Below the pieces are notes generated by a model. It was not told the origin of the DNA and made no database searches. It saw only the letters and a list, made by a program, of their open reading frames with translations. DNA of 64,000 nucleotides. It comes from Alphaproteobacteria bacterium (GTDB lineage: Bacteria > Pseudomonadota > Alphaproteobacteria > Bin95). Every line of letters starts with the position of its first letter. Position 1 is the stretch's first letter. Made by a program: the position numbers and the translations under genes. The stretch lies in the NCBI GenBank assembly GCA_964291285.2, contig OZ219786.1, positions 896,001 to 960,000 on the forward strand. Reading direction: 5' to 3'. Shown piece by piece: positions 1 to 12,321 of the stretch.

Positions 1-89
1 ACGACATCGCGCGCTACGGGGCGCGGCTCGACGGGCTGGTGGCCGACGTCGTCACCGTCACCTCACGCGAGCTTTCGGAGGCCGGGTGA
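1..89 (+). CDS. tolQ: TolQ, C-terminal fragment (runs off window)
   Basis: Frame from base 3 reads [28 protein letters not shown], resembling the TolQ C-terminus; directly upstream of tolR. Confidence 0.8.
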   Translation, partial: DIARYGARLDGLVADVVTVTSRELSEAG

Positions 90-90
90 C

Positions 91-531
91 ATGGCGGCCT
101 GGCTTGGAGGACCGGGCCGGAGCGGGCGCAGATACCGCCCGATGAGCGAGATCAACGTGACGCCGCTGGTCGATGTCATGCTGGTGCTGCTGGTGGTGTT
201 CATGATAACCGCCCCGCTGCTCACCGTCGGCGTGCCGGTGGACCTGCCGGAGACCGACGCGGCGCAGCTCACCGACCGCGACGAGCCGCTGGTGGTCAGC
301 GTTGATGCCGAGGGCAAGATTTATATTCAGGAAACCGAAGTGGGTCTGGACGGGCTCGCGGCGAAGCTGCGCGCGGTCATGGGCGCGCGGCAGGACGCCT
401 TTGTCTATGTCCGCGGCGACCGCGCCATCGACTATGGGCGGGTGATGGAGGTCATGGGCGCGCTGGCGGCGGCAGGCTTCGACAAGGTGTCGCTGATGGC
501 GGAAGTGCCGCGCGCGGGGTCTTCGCCGTGA
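91..531 (+). CDS. tolR: Tol-Pal protein TolR
   Basis: [26 protein letters not shown] signature; tol-pal context. Confidence 0.95.
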   Translation: MAAWLGGPGRSGRRYRPMSEINVTPLVDVMLVLLVVFMITAPLLTVGVPVDLPETDAAQLTDRDEPLVVSVDAEGKIYIQETEVGLDGLAAKLRAVMGARQDAFVYVRGDRAIDYGRVMEVMGALAAAGFDKVSLMAEVPRAGSSP

Positions 532-1457
532 GCCATTCGAGCCTGCTTCTCTCGGCGCTCGCCCATATCGGCCTGCTGATCCTGGCCGCGGTGGGTCTGC
601 CGGCGCTGCACGACCCGCCGGATCCGTTCGAGATGGCAGTCCCCGTCACTGTCACCGTGGTGAGCGAGCGCACGGAAGCGAAAGCGCCTTTGCCGCCGGA
701 AGCGCCGCCGGAGCTTCCGGAGCCCGAGCCGGTCGCAGCCGAGCCTCCGCCTGTCGAAACACCGGCGGCGGACCCGCCGAAACCGGAAGAACCGGTGGAG
801 GTGGCGGCGCTTACTCCCGAACCGCCGAAGCCGGAATCGCTGCCACCCGAGCCCGAGCCGGTGGCTGCACCGCTGCCCCCGAGCCCGCCGGAGCCCGAGC
901 CTGAACCGCCGGCCTCCGACCCGAAGCCGCCGCCCCTGCCGCAACGCTCTCCGCCGCAGCAGGCGCGGGCGAAGGCACCGCCCAAACCTCCGGAACCGGC
1001 GCCCGAGCCTCCGCCGCTGCCGCAGGCCGCGCCCAAGGACCCGCCCGACGAACTGGCGGCATTGCGCAAGGCCGCGAGCGGGGACGACCTCGACAAGCTC
1101 AGAAGTGCGCTCGCGGACAAGACTCCGATTCCCGGCGAGGAGGCCGAGGAGGCCGTGTTCACCATCTCGGAGAAGCACCGGCTGTTCCGGCAACTTTCCC
1201 GCTGCTGGCAGACGATCCCCGGCCTCGCGCCCTCCGAACGTCATGTCGTCGTGCTCCAGGTCGAGCTCGGCCCGGACCGGCGCGTCATCTCGGTCAAGGC
1301 GGTCGACGGCCAAAGCAGCCGCAGCTACCGCGCCGCCCAGGAGCGCGCGCGACGTGCGCTCGGTCATCCGGACTGCGAGCAGCTCGAAGTGCCTCCGGGC
1401 AAGATGGCGCTCTGGAAGTCGTTGAACTTGCGGTTCGACCCGCACCGAATGCAATAG
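528..1457 (+). CDS. tolA: TolA-like protein (TM anchor, Pro-rich linker, C-terminal domain)
   Basis: SALAH TM motif, long PEP-rich stretch, C-terminal CW...LRFDP; lies between tolR and tolB. Confidence 0.85.
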   Translation: MSHSSLLLSALAHIGLLILAAVGLPALHDPPDPFEMAVPVTVTVVSERTEAKAPLPPEAPPELPEPEPVAAEPPPVETPAADPPKPEEPVEVAALTPEPPKPESLPPEPEPVAAPLPPSPPEPEPEPPASDPKPPPLPQRSPPQQARAKAPPKPPEPAPEPPPLPQAAPKDPPDELAALRKAASGDDLDKLRSALADKTPIPGEEAEEAVFTISEKHRLFRQLSRCWQTIPGLAPSERHVVVLQVELGPDRRVISVKAVDGQSSRSYRAAQERARRALGHPDCEQLEVPPGKMALWKSLNLRFDPHRMQ

Positions 1458-1475
1458 ACGAGGAGGCCCGCGACC

Positions 1476-2810
1476 ATGCCGCTCCCGTTTCTCCGCCTTC
1501 TCCTGCTCCCGATGCTGTTCGCAGCCGCCTTGCCGGCCGCGGCGCAGGTGACCATCGACATCACCGAGGGCGTTCCCGATCCGGTGCCTGTCGCAATCGT
1601 GCCGTTCACCGGCGCGGACAGGGAAGCCGCCCGTTTCGGGGATGACATGGCCGGCGTCATCAGCGCCGACCTGGAGCGGTCCGGTCTCTTCCGCGCTCTT
1701 TCCGAGGAGGCCTTCCTCTCCCGCCCGGAGGACGCCGATCTTCGCCCGAACTTCAACAATTGGCGTGTTATCGGCTCTCATCTACTGGTCGTCGGCAAGA
1801 CCTCGATGCAGCCGGACGGCCGTTTGCATGCACTGTTCCGGCTCTGGGATGTGCTCACCCAGCAGCAGGTCGTGGGCGTGACTTACACCACCCTGCCCGA
1901 GAACTGGCGCCGCCTCGCCCACAAGATCGCCGACACCATCTACAAGGAGGTCACGGGCGAGGAAGGCTATTTCGACAGCCGCATCGTCTTCATCTCGGAG
2001 ACGGGCCCCGCGGACCAGCGCCGCAAGCGGCTGGTGCTGATGGACCAGGACGGCGCGCGCGCACGCTATCTCACGGACGGGGCCAATCTGGTGCTGACGC
2101 CCCGCTTCTCGCCGACCAAGCAGGAAATCATCTACCTTTCCTACGACCGCCCGAACCAGCCGCCGAGCGTCCACATCCTCGATATCGACTCCGACCAGCG
2201 CGAAGCGCTCGGCCGGTTCCCCGGCATGCAATACGCGCCGCGCTTCTCCCCGGACGGCAACAGCGTGCTCATTACGATGACCCAGGAAGAAGGCAATTCC
2301 GACATCTTCTCCATGGACCTCGGCACACGCACGCTCACCCGCCTGACGCACACCGCCGGCATCGATGCGGCGGCTTCCTTCAGCCCGGACGGCTCCCGCA
2401 TCGTGTTCGAATCCAAGCGGAGCGGCACCCAGCAGCTCTATGTGATGAACGCGGACGGCTCCGACCCGCGCCGGATCAGCACCGGCAAGGGGCGATTCGC
2501 GACGCCGGTCTGGTCTCCGCGCGGCGACCTCATCGCCTTCACCCGGATCCTGGGCGGGCAGTTCCATATCGGCACCATGCGCCCCGACGGCACCGAGGCG
2601 AGAATCCTCGATTCGGCCTACCATGCCGAAGGGCCGACCTGGTCGCCGAACGGGCGTGTGCTGGCCTATTTCAAGCAGGGCAGCGTCCAAGACCGCCGCG
2701 TGGGATATTCGCCCGGTTTGTGGCAGGTCAACATCATTGGAGGCGCACCGCGCCGGATCGCGACGGAGACGGACGCATCCGACCCGGCCTGGTCGCCGAT
2801 TTCCCCGTGA
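1476..2810 (+). CDS. tolB: Tol-Pal beta-propeller protein TolB
   Basis: Signal peptide, GYFDSRIVFISE, repeated P.FSPDG/P.WSP units. Confidence 0.97.
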   Translation: MPLPFLRLLLLPMLFAAALPAAAQVTIDITEGVPDPVPVAIVPFTGADREAARFGDDMAGVISADLERSGLFRALSEEAFLSRPEDADLRPNFNNWRVIGSHLLVVGKTSMQPDGRLHALFRLWDVLTQQQVVGVTYTTLPENWRRLAHKIADTIYKEVTGEEGYFDSRIVFISETGPADQRRKRLVLMDQDGARARYLTDGANLVLTPRFSPTKQEIIYLSYDRPNQPPSVHILDIDSDQREALGRFPGMQYAPRFSPDGNSVLITMTQEEGNSDIFSMDLGTRTLTRLTHTAGIDAAASFSPDGSRIVFESKRSGTQQLYVMNADGSDPRRISTGKGRFATPVWSPRGDLIAFTRILGGQFHIGTMRPDGTEARILDSAYHAEGPTWSPNGRVLAYFKQGSVQDRRVGYSPGLWQVNIIGGAPRRIATETDASDPAWSPISP

Positions 2811-2895
2811 ATGCCCTTGTGCCGTGTATCGAATGCAGCACAATGGCGCCGATTCGCGGCCGGCTGACATGCCGCGAGACCAAAGGAGAATTCGC

Positions 2896-3420
2896 ATGTC
2901 GATGAAACTGCTGGTGTCGGCGCTGGCGCTGGTGTTCCTCGCCGCCTGCGAGACGGGCTCGAACCTGGATGACGACAAGGCAGGCGGCCAGCCGGGGGCC
3001 ACGGCGGGCGTCCAGGCGGCCAAGCAGGACCAAGCGGTCGACTCGCGGGCGCTGGCGCCTCCGCCGGGCTCGGCAGAAGAGTTGCAACAGGTGATCGGCG
3101 ACCGGGTGCATTTCGCCTACGACCGGCACGACCTCGGCACGGAAGCGCAGGACCAGGTCGCGGCCTGGGCGAACTGGCTTACCGCGCATGGCGGCCTCTC
3201 GGTGGTTGTCGAAGGCCACGCGGACGAGCGCGGCACGCGCGAATACAACCTGGCGCTCGGCGAACGGCGCGCCGCCGAGGTGCGCAGCTACCTGCTCGCC
3301 TCCGGCATCGACGCCAACCGGGTGCGGATTGTCAGCTACGGCAAGGAAAGGCCCGTCGCGGTCGAATCGAACGAGGAAGCCTGGGCCCAGAACCGCCGTT
3401 CGGTGATGATCCTCGACTGA
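2896..3420 (+). CDS. pal: Peptidoglycan-associated lipoprotein Pal
   Basis: Lipobox LAAC, EGHADERGTREYNLALGERRA; AGGAG RBS before ATG 2896. Confidence 0.97.
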   Translation: MSMKLLVSALALVFLAACETGSNLDDDKAGGQPGATAGVQAAKQDQAVDSRALAPPPGSAEELQQVIGDRVHFAYDRHDLGTEAQDQVAAWANWLTAHGGLSVVVEGHADERGTREYNLALGERRAAEVRSYLLASGIDANRVRIVSYGKERPVAVESNEEAWAQNRRSVMILD

Positions 3421-3427
3421 TCCGGCC

Positions 3428-4123
3428 ATGCGCGTTCTCGCGTTCCTGCTGCTCTGCGCCCTGCCCTCGACGGCAGCGGCGCAGACGGCCGACTACGCCC
3501 GGCTGATCGAGAACAAGCTTTCGGCCTATGAACGCGAACTGCGCGCCCTCAACAACACCGTCGAGCGGCTGCGACGCCAGGTCGAAGGCCTGGAGTTGCG
3601 TATGGAGGCGCTGGAAAAAGCGGCCGCAGGGCGGCCGGCGGAAACCGCCGAAAGGCCGGCGGCGGATGCCGGCGCCGCTGCCCCGCCGGTTGCCGGGTCG
3701 GGCGAGACCGGAGCGCAACCGCCGGCCACGCTGCCCGAAGGCGACGCCCTGGAGTTGTACAAGCAGGGCCGGAACCTGCTGCTTCAGGCGCGCCTGCCGG
3801 AGGCCGAGCAGGTCTTTACCGCTTTTCTGGATGACTTTGCCGGGCATGAACTGGCCAACAATGCCAGGCACTGGCTTGCGACCAGCTTTGCCGGACAGGG
3901 CAAGCACGACGCTGCCGCGCAGCAATTCCTGCTCGCTTACGAAAAGGATCCGGAAGGTCCCAAGGCTCCCGACAACCTGTTGAAGCTCGGGCGGGCGTTC
4001 GCCGCGCTCGGCAAGGAAGAGGAAGCCTGCATTGCGTTGTCGCGGCTCTCGCGCAAGCACAAGCAGGCGCCGTCCGCCGTAATCGCCGCCGCCGACGCCG
4101 AGCGCCGGCGGCTGAAGTGCTGA
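3428..4123 (+). CDS. cpoB: Tol-Pal associated TPR protein CpoB/YbgF
   Basis: Signal peptide, coiled coil, TPR with KAPDNLLKLG; follows pal. Confidence 0.9.
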   Translation: MRVLAFLLLCALPSTAAAQTADYARLIENKLSAYERELRALNNTVERLRRQVEGLELRMEALEKAAAGRPAETAERPAADAGAAAPPVAGSGETGAQPPATLPEGDALELYKQGRNLLLQARLPEAEQVFTAFLDDFAGHELANNARHWLATSFAGQGKHDAAAQQFLLAYEKDPEGPKAPDNLLKLGRAFAALGKEEEACIALSRLSRKHKQAPSAVIAAADAERRRLKC

Positions 4124-5400
4124 CGCCCGACCCGCCGCCCTCCGACCCGGTATTCGATTGCGCGATGGCGCGGCTGGGCCCGTTCGAGGGTGCGCCGCGC
4201 ATCGCCGCCGCCGTCTCCGGCGGGCGCGACAGCATGGCGCTGGCCCTGATGGCCAGGGCCTGGACCGCCGCGCGTGGCGGGGCGCTTCTGGCCTTCATCG
4301 TCGATCACCGCCTCAGGCCCGAATCCGCTGATGAAGCAGCGGTTGCGGGCGCCCGGCTCGCGCCTTTCGGCATTCCCCATCGCATTCTTACCCGTACCGG
4401 CCCGCTCGCCCTCGGAAACACGCAGGCGGCGGCACGAAGGGCGCGCTACGAGCTGCTCGCCGAAGCCTGCCGGAACGCCGGGGTCCTGCACCTGCTGCTC
4501 GGCCACCATCTGGAAGACCAGGGCGAGACCGCGGCGATGCGCGCGGAGCGCGGCAGCGGCGAGGCGGGCCTTGCCGCCATGGCGCCTGTCTCCGAACTTG
4601 CCGATATGCGCCTGCTCCGTCCGCTGCTGGACCGGCCGCGGCGGGAACTTGAGGCCTATCTGGTCCACCTCGGCGTCGGATGGATCGACGACCCGACCAA
4701 TCTCGCGCCCGCGTCGGCGCGCGGCCGCCTGCGCACCGCCATGACGCCCGCGCAACTGGCCGCGCTGGGCCGGGAAGCGGCCATGCGCGCATCCCGTCGT
4801 CGAGAGCTGGAGGACGGCGCGGCCCATCTGCTCGCCGAGACGGTCGAACTCCATGACAGCGGCGTCGCACACGTCGATATGGCCCGGATGCTTGCCTCGC
4901 CGGACGGCGAGGCCGCGCTCGGCCGCCTGCTTGCGACCCTGGGCGGCAAGGTCCATCCGCCCCGCAGCGCCAGGATCGCCGGCCTCGCCGCGCGCCTCGG
5001 GGAAGAGCCTGCGACGAGCGTTCTGGGCGGCTGCGCCCTGATGCGGACCCGCGCCGGCTGGTGGTGCGGGCGGGAGGCCGGACGGATCGGGGAGGTGCTG
5101 CGGCTTGGCCCCGGCGGACGCAGCCTCTGGGACGGACGCTTCGAGGTCGTCAATCCGGGCCCGTCCCCGGTCGCGGTGGGGCGCCGGCCGCGGGCGGCGG
5201 AGGCGGGGTCCCGGCCCTGGCCCGCCGCGCTCGACCGCGCCCTGCCGGCTTTCTTTTCCGAGGACGGCCGCCTGCTCGAACCGGTCGGCGCGGCATGCCA
5301 TCTTGACGAAACGGCATATCCTTATGCGACATTCCGGCCGCGCGTTCCGCTGGCGGGCCCGGGATTTGCCCTTGTTTCCAGCGGCGCGGAACTTAACTAG
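4117..5400 (+). CDS. tilS: tRNA(Ile)-lysidine synthetase
   Basis: AVSGGRDSMAL PP-loop, VDHRLR, GHHLEDQGET, RPLL. Confidence 0.95.
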   Translation: MLTPDPPPSDPVFDCAMARLGPFEGAPRIAAAVSGGRDSMALALMARAWTAARGGALLAFIVDHRLRPESADEAAVAGARLAPFGIPHRILTRTGPLALGNTQAAARRARYELLAEACRNAGVLHLLLGHHLEDQGETAAMRAERGSGEAGLAAMAPVSELADMRLLRPLLDRPRRELEAYLVHLGVGWIDDPTNLAPASARGRLRTAMTPAQLAALGREAAMRASRRRELEDGAAHLLAETVELHDSGVAHVDMARMLASPDGEAALGRLLATLGGKVHPPRSARIAGLAARLGEEPATSVLGGCALMRTRAGWWCGREAGRIGEVLRLGPGGRSLWDGRFEVVNPGPSPVAVGRRPRAAEAGSRPWPAALDRALPAFFSEDGRLLEPVGAACHLDETAYPYATFRPRVPLAGPGFALVSSGAELN

Positions 5401-5454
5401 GATCGGAAGACCTCCTCACCATTTCCCGCCGGCCGGAGGCTTTTGCTGGAGACG

Positions 5455-7383
<1,929 letters not shown>

Positions 7384-7411
7384 GCGCTCCAGCCGGCGCC
7401 GGTCCCGGCCT

Positions 7412-8245
7412 TTGTCCCGCCAGCCGTCCCGCTTCGCCGGCCTCTCCACCCGGCGGCCCCTCCTCATGGGCGTGGTGAACGTGACACCGGACAGCTTCTC
7501 CGACGGCGGCGACTGGTCCGACCCGGAGGCCGCCATCGGCCGCGGCAGGGCGCTGGCGGCGGCGGGCGCGGACATTGTCGATATCGGCGGCGAATCCACC
7601 CGCCCCGGCGCCGTCGAAGTGGACGAGGCGGAGGAATGCCGGCGCATCCTGCCGGTCGTGGCGGCGCTGGCGGCGGACGGCGTTCCGGTCTCCGTCGATA
7701 CGCGCCATGCCCGCGTGCTGCGCGCGGCGCTCGCCGCCGGGGCCTCCATCGCCAACGACGTCTCGGCGCTCACCGCCGACCCGGCTTCCCTCGATCTCGT
7801 CGCCGATACCGGCGCCAGCGCCGTGCTGGTCCACATGCAGGGCAGGCCGGAGACCATGCAGGACGACCCGCATTATGAGGACGTGGTGGAGGAGGTCTTC
7901 GCCTTCCTCGCCGGCCGTGTTGAGGCCTGCCGGGCGGCGGGCATCGGCCCGGAGCGCCTCGCCGTCGATCCGGGCTACGGCTTCGGCAAGACGCTGGAGC
8001 ACAACCTCGCCCTGCTGCGCGGACTGGAACGCTTCGCCGCGCTCGGCTGCACGGTCGCGCTCGGCGTCTCGCGCAAGGCCTCGCTCGGGCGCATCTCGGG
8101 CGAGCCGGACCCGAAGCGCCGCGTCCCGGAATCGCTGGCCGCCGGCCTGTTCGCACTCGACCGCGGGGTCCGCCTGCTCCGCGTCCACGATGTCGGGGAA
8201 ACCCGGCGCGCGCTTGCGGTCTGGCAGGCGCTCCGCCATGTTTGA
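7412..8245 (+). CDS. folP: Dihydropteroate synthase
   Basis: [39 protein letters not shown]. Confidence 0.97.
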   Translation: MSRQPSRFAGLSTRRPLLMGVVNVTPDSFSDGGDWSDPEAAIGRGRALAAAGADIVDIGGESTRPGAVEVDEAEECRRILPVVAALAADGVPVSVDTRHARVLRAALAAGASIANDVSALTADPASLDLVADTGASAVLVHMQGRPETMQDDPHYEDVVEEVFAFLAGRVEACRAAGIGPERLAVDPGYGFGKTLEHNLALLRGLERFAALGCTVALGVSRKASLGRISGEPDPKRRVPESLAAGLFALDRGVRLLRVHDVGETRRALAVWQALRHV

Positions 8246-9599
8246 GGCCATGGACGGCAGCGGAACACGCCGGCTTTTCGGCACGGACGGCATTCGCGGG
8301 CAGGCGAATGTCGAGCCGATGACGCCGGAGACGGTCATGCGCGTGGCGATGGCGGCGGCGGCGCGTTACGGCGGCGGCGGGCACCGCACCGCGGTCATCG
8401 CCAAGGACACGCGGCTTTCCGGCTACCTGCTGGAGCCCGCGCTGGTCTGCGGTTTCGTGGCGCTCGGCTGGGACGCCGTGACGGTCGGGCCGTTGCCGAC
8501 GCCCGCCGTGTCGATCCTGACGCGCTCGCTCAGGGCCGATCTCGGCGTCATGCTGTCGGCCTCGCACAACCCGTTCCGCGACAACGGCATCAAGATTTTC
8601 GGCCCCGACGGCTACAAGCTCTCCGATGCCGAGGAGCACGCCATCGAGGCCGCGATGGCCGAGGTGGAGGGCCGCCGCGCCGTCCCGGAAGCGCTCGGCC
8701 GCGCCCGGCGCATGGAGGATGCGCAGGGCCGCTATATCGAGGTCGTGAAGAGCAGCTTCCCGCAGGGCATGCGGCTCGACGGCCTCAGGATCGCCCTCGA
8801 CTGCGCCAACGGGGCCGCCTACCGGGTGGCCCCTGCCGTGCTGTGGGAGCTCGGCGCGGAGGTCGTTCCGGTCGCCGTGGCGCCCGACGGCACGAACATC
8901 AACGAGGCCTGCGGGGCCGCGCATCCGGAGACGATCTGCCGGGCGGTGAAGGAGCACGGCGCCGATATCGGCCTCTCGCTCGACGGCGACGCCGACCGCC
9001 TGGTGCTGGCCGACGAAACCGGCAGGGCGGTGGACGGCGACCGGGTGATGGCGCTGATTGCCGCCGCCTGGCAGCGCCGCGGCCGCCTGCAAGGCGGCGC
9101 GGTCGCGGCGACGGTCATGTCCAACCTGGGGCTCGAACGCTATCTGGACGGCATCGGCCTGCGCCTGGAGCGCACCCGCGTCGGCGACCGCTATGTGGTC
9201 GAGCACATGCGCGCCAACGGGCTGAATGTCGGCGGCGAACAGTCCGGGCATATTGTGCTGCGCGACTTCTCCGCCACCGGCGATGGCCTGCTGGCGGCGC
9301 TGCAGGTGCTGGCGGAGCTTGTGGCGGGCGGCAAGCCGGCCTCCGAGGCGCTCGCCCTGTTCGAGCCGCTGCCGCAGCGCCTGGAGAATGTGCGCTACGG
9401 CGCGCGCGACCCGCTCGCGGCGCCCGCCGTGCGCAAGGCGGTGGCGGACGCCGAAGCCCGGCTCGACGGCGTCGGCCGGCTGCTGATCCGCAAGTCCGGC
9501 ACCGAGCCATTGATCCGCATCATGGCCGAGGCCGAGGACGAACATCTCGTCGGCGAGGTCGTGGAGGGGCTGGCCGCGGACATAAGGGCGGCGGTCTGA
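8238..9599 (+). CDS. glmM: Phosphoglucosamine mutase
   Basis: [35 protein letters not shown]; start 8238 or 8250. Confidence 0.97.
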   Translation: MFEAMDGSGTRRLFGTDGIRGQANVEPMTPETVMRVAMAAAARYGGGGHRTAVIAKDTRLSGYLLEPALVCGFVALGWDAVTVGPLPTPAVSILTRSLRADLGVMLSASHNPFRDNGIKIFGPDGYKLSDAEEHAIEAAMAEVEGRRAVPEALGRARRMEDAQGRYIEVVKSSFPQGMRLDGLRIALDCANGAAYRVAPAVLWELGAEVVPVAVAPDGTNINEACGAAHPETICRAVKEHGADIGLSLDGDADRLVLADETGRAVDGDRVMALIAAAWQRRGRLQGGAVAATVMSNLGLERYLDGIGLRLERTRVGDRYVVEHMRANGLNVGGEQSGHIVLRDFSATGDGLLAALQVLAELVAGGKPASEALALFEPLPQRLENVRYGARDPLAAPAVRKAVADAEARLDGVGRLLIRKSGTEPLIRIMAEAEDEHLVGEVVEGLAADIRAAV

Positions 9600-9634
9600 A
9601 GGAACAGCAGCCGACGAGCCGGAACGCCCGAATT

Positions 9635-9763
9635 CCCCTCTCCCCGCTTGCGGGGAGAGGACGGGTGAGGGGGCCGGCCGCCAGGCCGGCGGGCGAAGCC
9701 CGGCAACCTTCCGCGCACGCCGCGAGGCCCTCCCCCGACCCCTCCCGCCGGGCGGGAGGGGGG
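9635..9763. repeat. REP/REPIN-like element, family A (129 bp, hairpin at each end)
   Basis: CCTCTCCCCGCTTGCGGGGAGAGG and CCCCTCCCGCCGGGCGGGAGGGG hairpins; inverted copy at 12775-12903, partial copy at 13833-13909. Confidence 0.85.
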
Positions 9764-9827
9764 TAAGCGGGGCGGCGGGGGAGGCCGGGTGGCGGTTGCT
9801 GTCGGCTCCGGTCGACGACCGCTGGCA

Positions 9828-10760
9828 TCATCTCCGGCGGACGGCGCGCAGGAGGCGGCCGTCTATGGCAAGCAGGGCGAGGGCGATGAGCGCCATTCCG
9901 AGCAACTGGCCGGGGCCGACTTCCTCGTCCAGGAAGAGCACGCCCAGCAGCACCGCGCTCGGCGGAATCATCAGCGTCACCAGCATGACATTGCTGCCGC
10001 CGGCGCGCCGCACGATGGCGAAGAACAACAGATAGGCGAGGCTCGTGCTGAGCAGCCCAATGCCGGCCAGCGCGCCCCAGACTTCGGGCGGCGGGGCAGG
10101 GAGGCGCCAGGGTTGCTCCAATGCCAACGCGAGCGGCAGGACGATCAGCGTCGAGCAGCCGACTTGCCCCGCAGCCGCCGTGGCCGGTGGCAGATGCCGC
10201 AACCGCCGCCCCCAGAGGCCCGCCGCGGCATAGGAGACGGCCGCCGCCAGCACCGCTGCACAGCCGGCAAGATAGCCGCCGGAGCCGTCCGGAGCCGCCG
10301 GCCCCACCAGCACGGCGACACCCGCCACCCCGACCGCCACGCCCGCGAGCCGGTTGGCGGTCAGCTTCTCGTCGTTTGTCAGGAAATGCGCGGCAACCAC
10401 GCCGAAGACCGGCGTGGTGGCGTTGAGTACGCTTGCCAGCCCTCCGTCGATCCATTGCTGGCCCCAGACGATGAGCGAGAACGGCAAGGCGTTGTTGAGC
10501 AGGCCCATGACGGCGAGGTCGCGCCAGTCTCCGGGCCGGGCCGGCAGCGCCGCGCGCGTCAGCGCCACCAGCAGCCAGAGGCCGGCCGCGCCCACCGCGA
10601 GCCGCGCCAGCACGATGGTGAAGGGCGGCAGCGCATGGAGCGCCACTTCCGCGAAGAAGAACGACCCGCCCCAGACGAGCGACAGCGCGGCCAGCAGGCT
10701 CCAGGCCGTCATGTCGAGCACGGGCGGGCGAGAGGCGGTCATCGGGGCGTTGTCTTCCAT
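9828..10760 (-). CDS. DMT/EamA family transporter
   Basis: About 10 hydrophobic segments, WGGSF, LNATTP, EKLT...G pattern. Confidence 0.92.
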   Translation of the reverse strand: MEDNAPMTASRPPVLDMTAWSLLAALSLVWGGSFFFAEVALHALPPFTIVLARLAVGAAGLWLLVALTRAALPARPGDWRDLAVMGLLNNALPFSLIVWGQQWIDGGLASVLNATTPVFGVVAAHFLTNDEKLTANRLAGVAVGVAGVAVLVGPAAPDGSGGYLAGCAAVLAAAVSYAAAGLWGRRLRHLPPATAAAGQVGCSTLIVLPLALALEQPWRLPAPPPEVWGALAGIGLLSTSLAYLLFFAIVRRAGGSNVMLVTLMIPPSAVLLGVLFLDEEVGPGQLLGMALIALALLAIDGRLLRAVRRR

Positions 10761-10936
10761 GGCGGCGAACGCCGGATCGCATGCGCCGCCCGTCGGGGCA
10801 GCCCGATTCTTGCGCTTCCCGTTTCCGGCACGCCCGGTTCCATCCCGGCCCGGGCTCTCCTAGACTGCGCATCCATGCCTCGCTGCGTTCCGTCCTCCTG
10901 CTCCCGGCGCAGCCGCGCATCGCCGGGGCTGTATCC

Positions 10937-11725
10937 ATGAGCGCGCGCGGCCGCCTGCTGATCGTCGCCGGGTCGGATTCCGGGGGCGGGGCCGGAATCC
11001 AGGCGGACATCAAGACCTGCACGGCGCTCGGCGGCTTCGCGATGACGGCGGTGACGGCGCTCACGGCGCAGAACACCGAGGGCGTCCACGGCGTCCATCC
11101 CGTGCCGCCCGGCTTCATCGCCGACCAGATGCGCGTGGTGCTGCGCGACATCGGCGCGGACGCGATCAAGACCGGCATGCTGCACGATGCGGAAGTCATC
11201 GAGGCGGTGGCCGAAACGCTGGAGCGGGAGGCGCCGGGCGTGCCGGTCGTCGTCGATCCGGTCATGGTGGCGAAGGGCGGGCACAGCCTGCTCCGCGAGG
11301 ACGCGGTGGACGCGCTCCGCCGGCGGATGCTGCCGCTGGCGGCGCTGCTGACCCCGAACCTGCCGGAAGCCGCCGCGCTGCTGGACGGCCGCGCGCCCGG
11401 CTGGCCGAGCTGGGCGGCGCTTGGCGTGGGCGCGGTGCTGCTGAAGGACGGGCACGGCAAGGGCGCCGTGGTGCGCGACCGGCTGCTGACGCCCTCCGGC
11501 GAGACCCTGTTCGAGCATGAGCGGCTGGATACGAGGCACACCCACGGCACCGGCTGCACGCTGGCGTCCGCCGCGGCGACCGGGCTTGCGCAGGGCCTCG
11601 ACCTCGTTTCGGCGGTGCGCCGGGCCGGCGATTTCGTGCATGAGGCGATCCGCTCCGCACCCGGCTTCGGCCGCGGTCACGGGCCGCTCAACCACCGCCC
11701 CGGCCTCTTCCCTCATCCTGAGTAG
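10937..11725 (+). CDS. thiD: Hydroxymethylpyrimidine/phosphomethylpyrimidine kinase
   Basis: AGSDSGGGAGIQADIKT, KTGML, DPVMVAKGG, HTHGTGCT. Confidence 0.97.
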   Translation: MSARGRLLIVAGSDSGGGAGIQADIKTCTALGGFAMTAVTALTAQNTEGVHGVHPVPPGFIADQMRVVLRDIGADAIKTGMLHDAEVIEAVAETLEREAPGVPVVVDPVMVAKGGHSLLREDAVDALRRRMLPLAALLTPNLPEAAALLDGRAPGWPSWAALGVGAVLLKDGHGKGAVVRDRLLTPSGETLFEHERLDTRHTHGTGCTLASAAATGLAQGLDLVSAVRRAGDFVHEAIRSAPGFGRGHGPLNHRPGLFPHPE

Positions 11726-11842
11726 CGGCCGCGCCAGCGGGCGCGTATCGAAAGCCTGTCCTGAGCTTGTCGAAGGGGATCGCCTCGAACCGCCGGCAGT
11801 CGTCCTTCGATACGCGCCGGCCTTCGCAGAGCGAAGGCGGGG
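11711..11842. repeat. Nested REP-like cluster (family C plus an inserted CCTGAGCTTGTCGAAGG unit)
   Basis: CCTCATCCTGAGTAGC...CGCGTATCGAA pairs with TTCGATACGCG at 11806-11816; related inverted copy at 41083-41124. Confidence 0.7.
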
Positions 11843-11901
11843 GAGCCGGGACCTTGGGCGGCTTGTGCCAGTGTCGAAACAAGGCGAGGACAGGCAATTA
11901 T

Positions 11902-12031
11902 CGTCACCCCGGACTTGATCCGGGGTCCATCCCTGACTGTTCATGTCCGCCGCGGCCGGTGGCGAACGAGATCGACCGCCGAGGCTGCCGAGAGAGCCGG
12001 AGATGGACCCCGGATCAAGTCCGGAGTGACG
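11902..12031. repeat. REPIN-like element, family B (two inverted 30-bp REPs plus about 70-bp spacer)
   Basis: CGTCACCCCGGACTTGATCCGGGGTCCATC ... GATGGACCCCGGATCAAGTCCGGAGTGACG; whole unit recurs inverted at 15268-15397. Confidence 0.9.
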
Positions 12032-12087
12032 GAAAAGGGGGCCGGGGTGACGATATGGGCCGCAGTTCCGGTTTTTCCCGGGCGGGG

Positions 12088-12120
12088 TTGACAAGGGGAT
12101 AAAAATCCCTATATATCCCC
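12088..12120 (+). promoter_or_regulatory. Sigma70-like promoter overlapped by a palindrome
   Basis: TTGACA-17 bp-ATATAT; GGGAT-AAAA-ATCCC and GGGGAT...ATCCCC inverted repeats. Confidence 0.6.
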
Positions 12121-12321
12121 CATACAGGTATGAATCGGGAACGATCGGACAGATGACCTGACGAGGCGAAGCGCGCGCGGCATGGGCCGCATTCTGGCGC
12201 TATTCGGGATTTCGAAGGGCGAAACCGGCCTCCGGGTCGGACAGGGGAGGTGCGCGCGCCGGCCGCCCCTGTGCCGACCGACACGATGGAATCCGGCCCG
12301 CGCGGCAAGGAGGAAGTGACG

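Noticed and set aside
690-1050. Repetitive CCGGAG/CCCGAG-rich tract
   Set aside because: It encodes the Pro/Glu linker of TolA and is not a DNA repeat element.
10761-10936. Possible TPP riboswitch upstream of thiD
   Set aside because: No GCTGAGA or other conserved THI-box elements were found.
12158-12245. Hammerhead-ribozyme-like words CTGACGA ... CGAAAC ... GTC in the leader of the IS630-HTH gene
   Set aside because: Stem III can form with a bulge, but stems I and II fail after one base pair.
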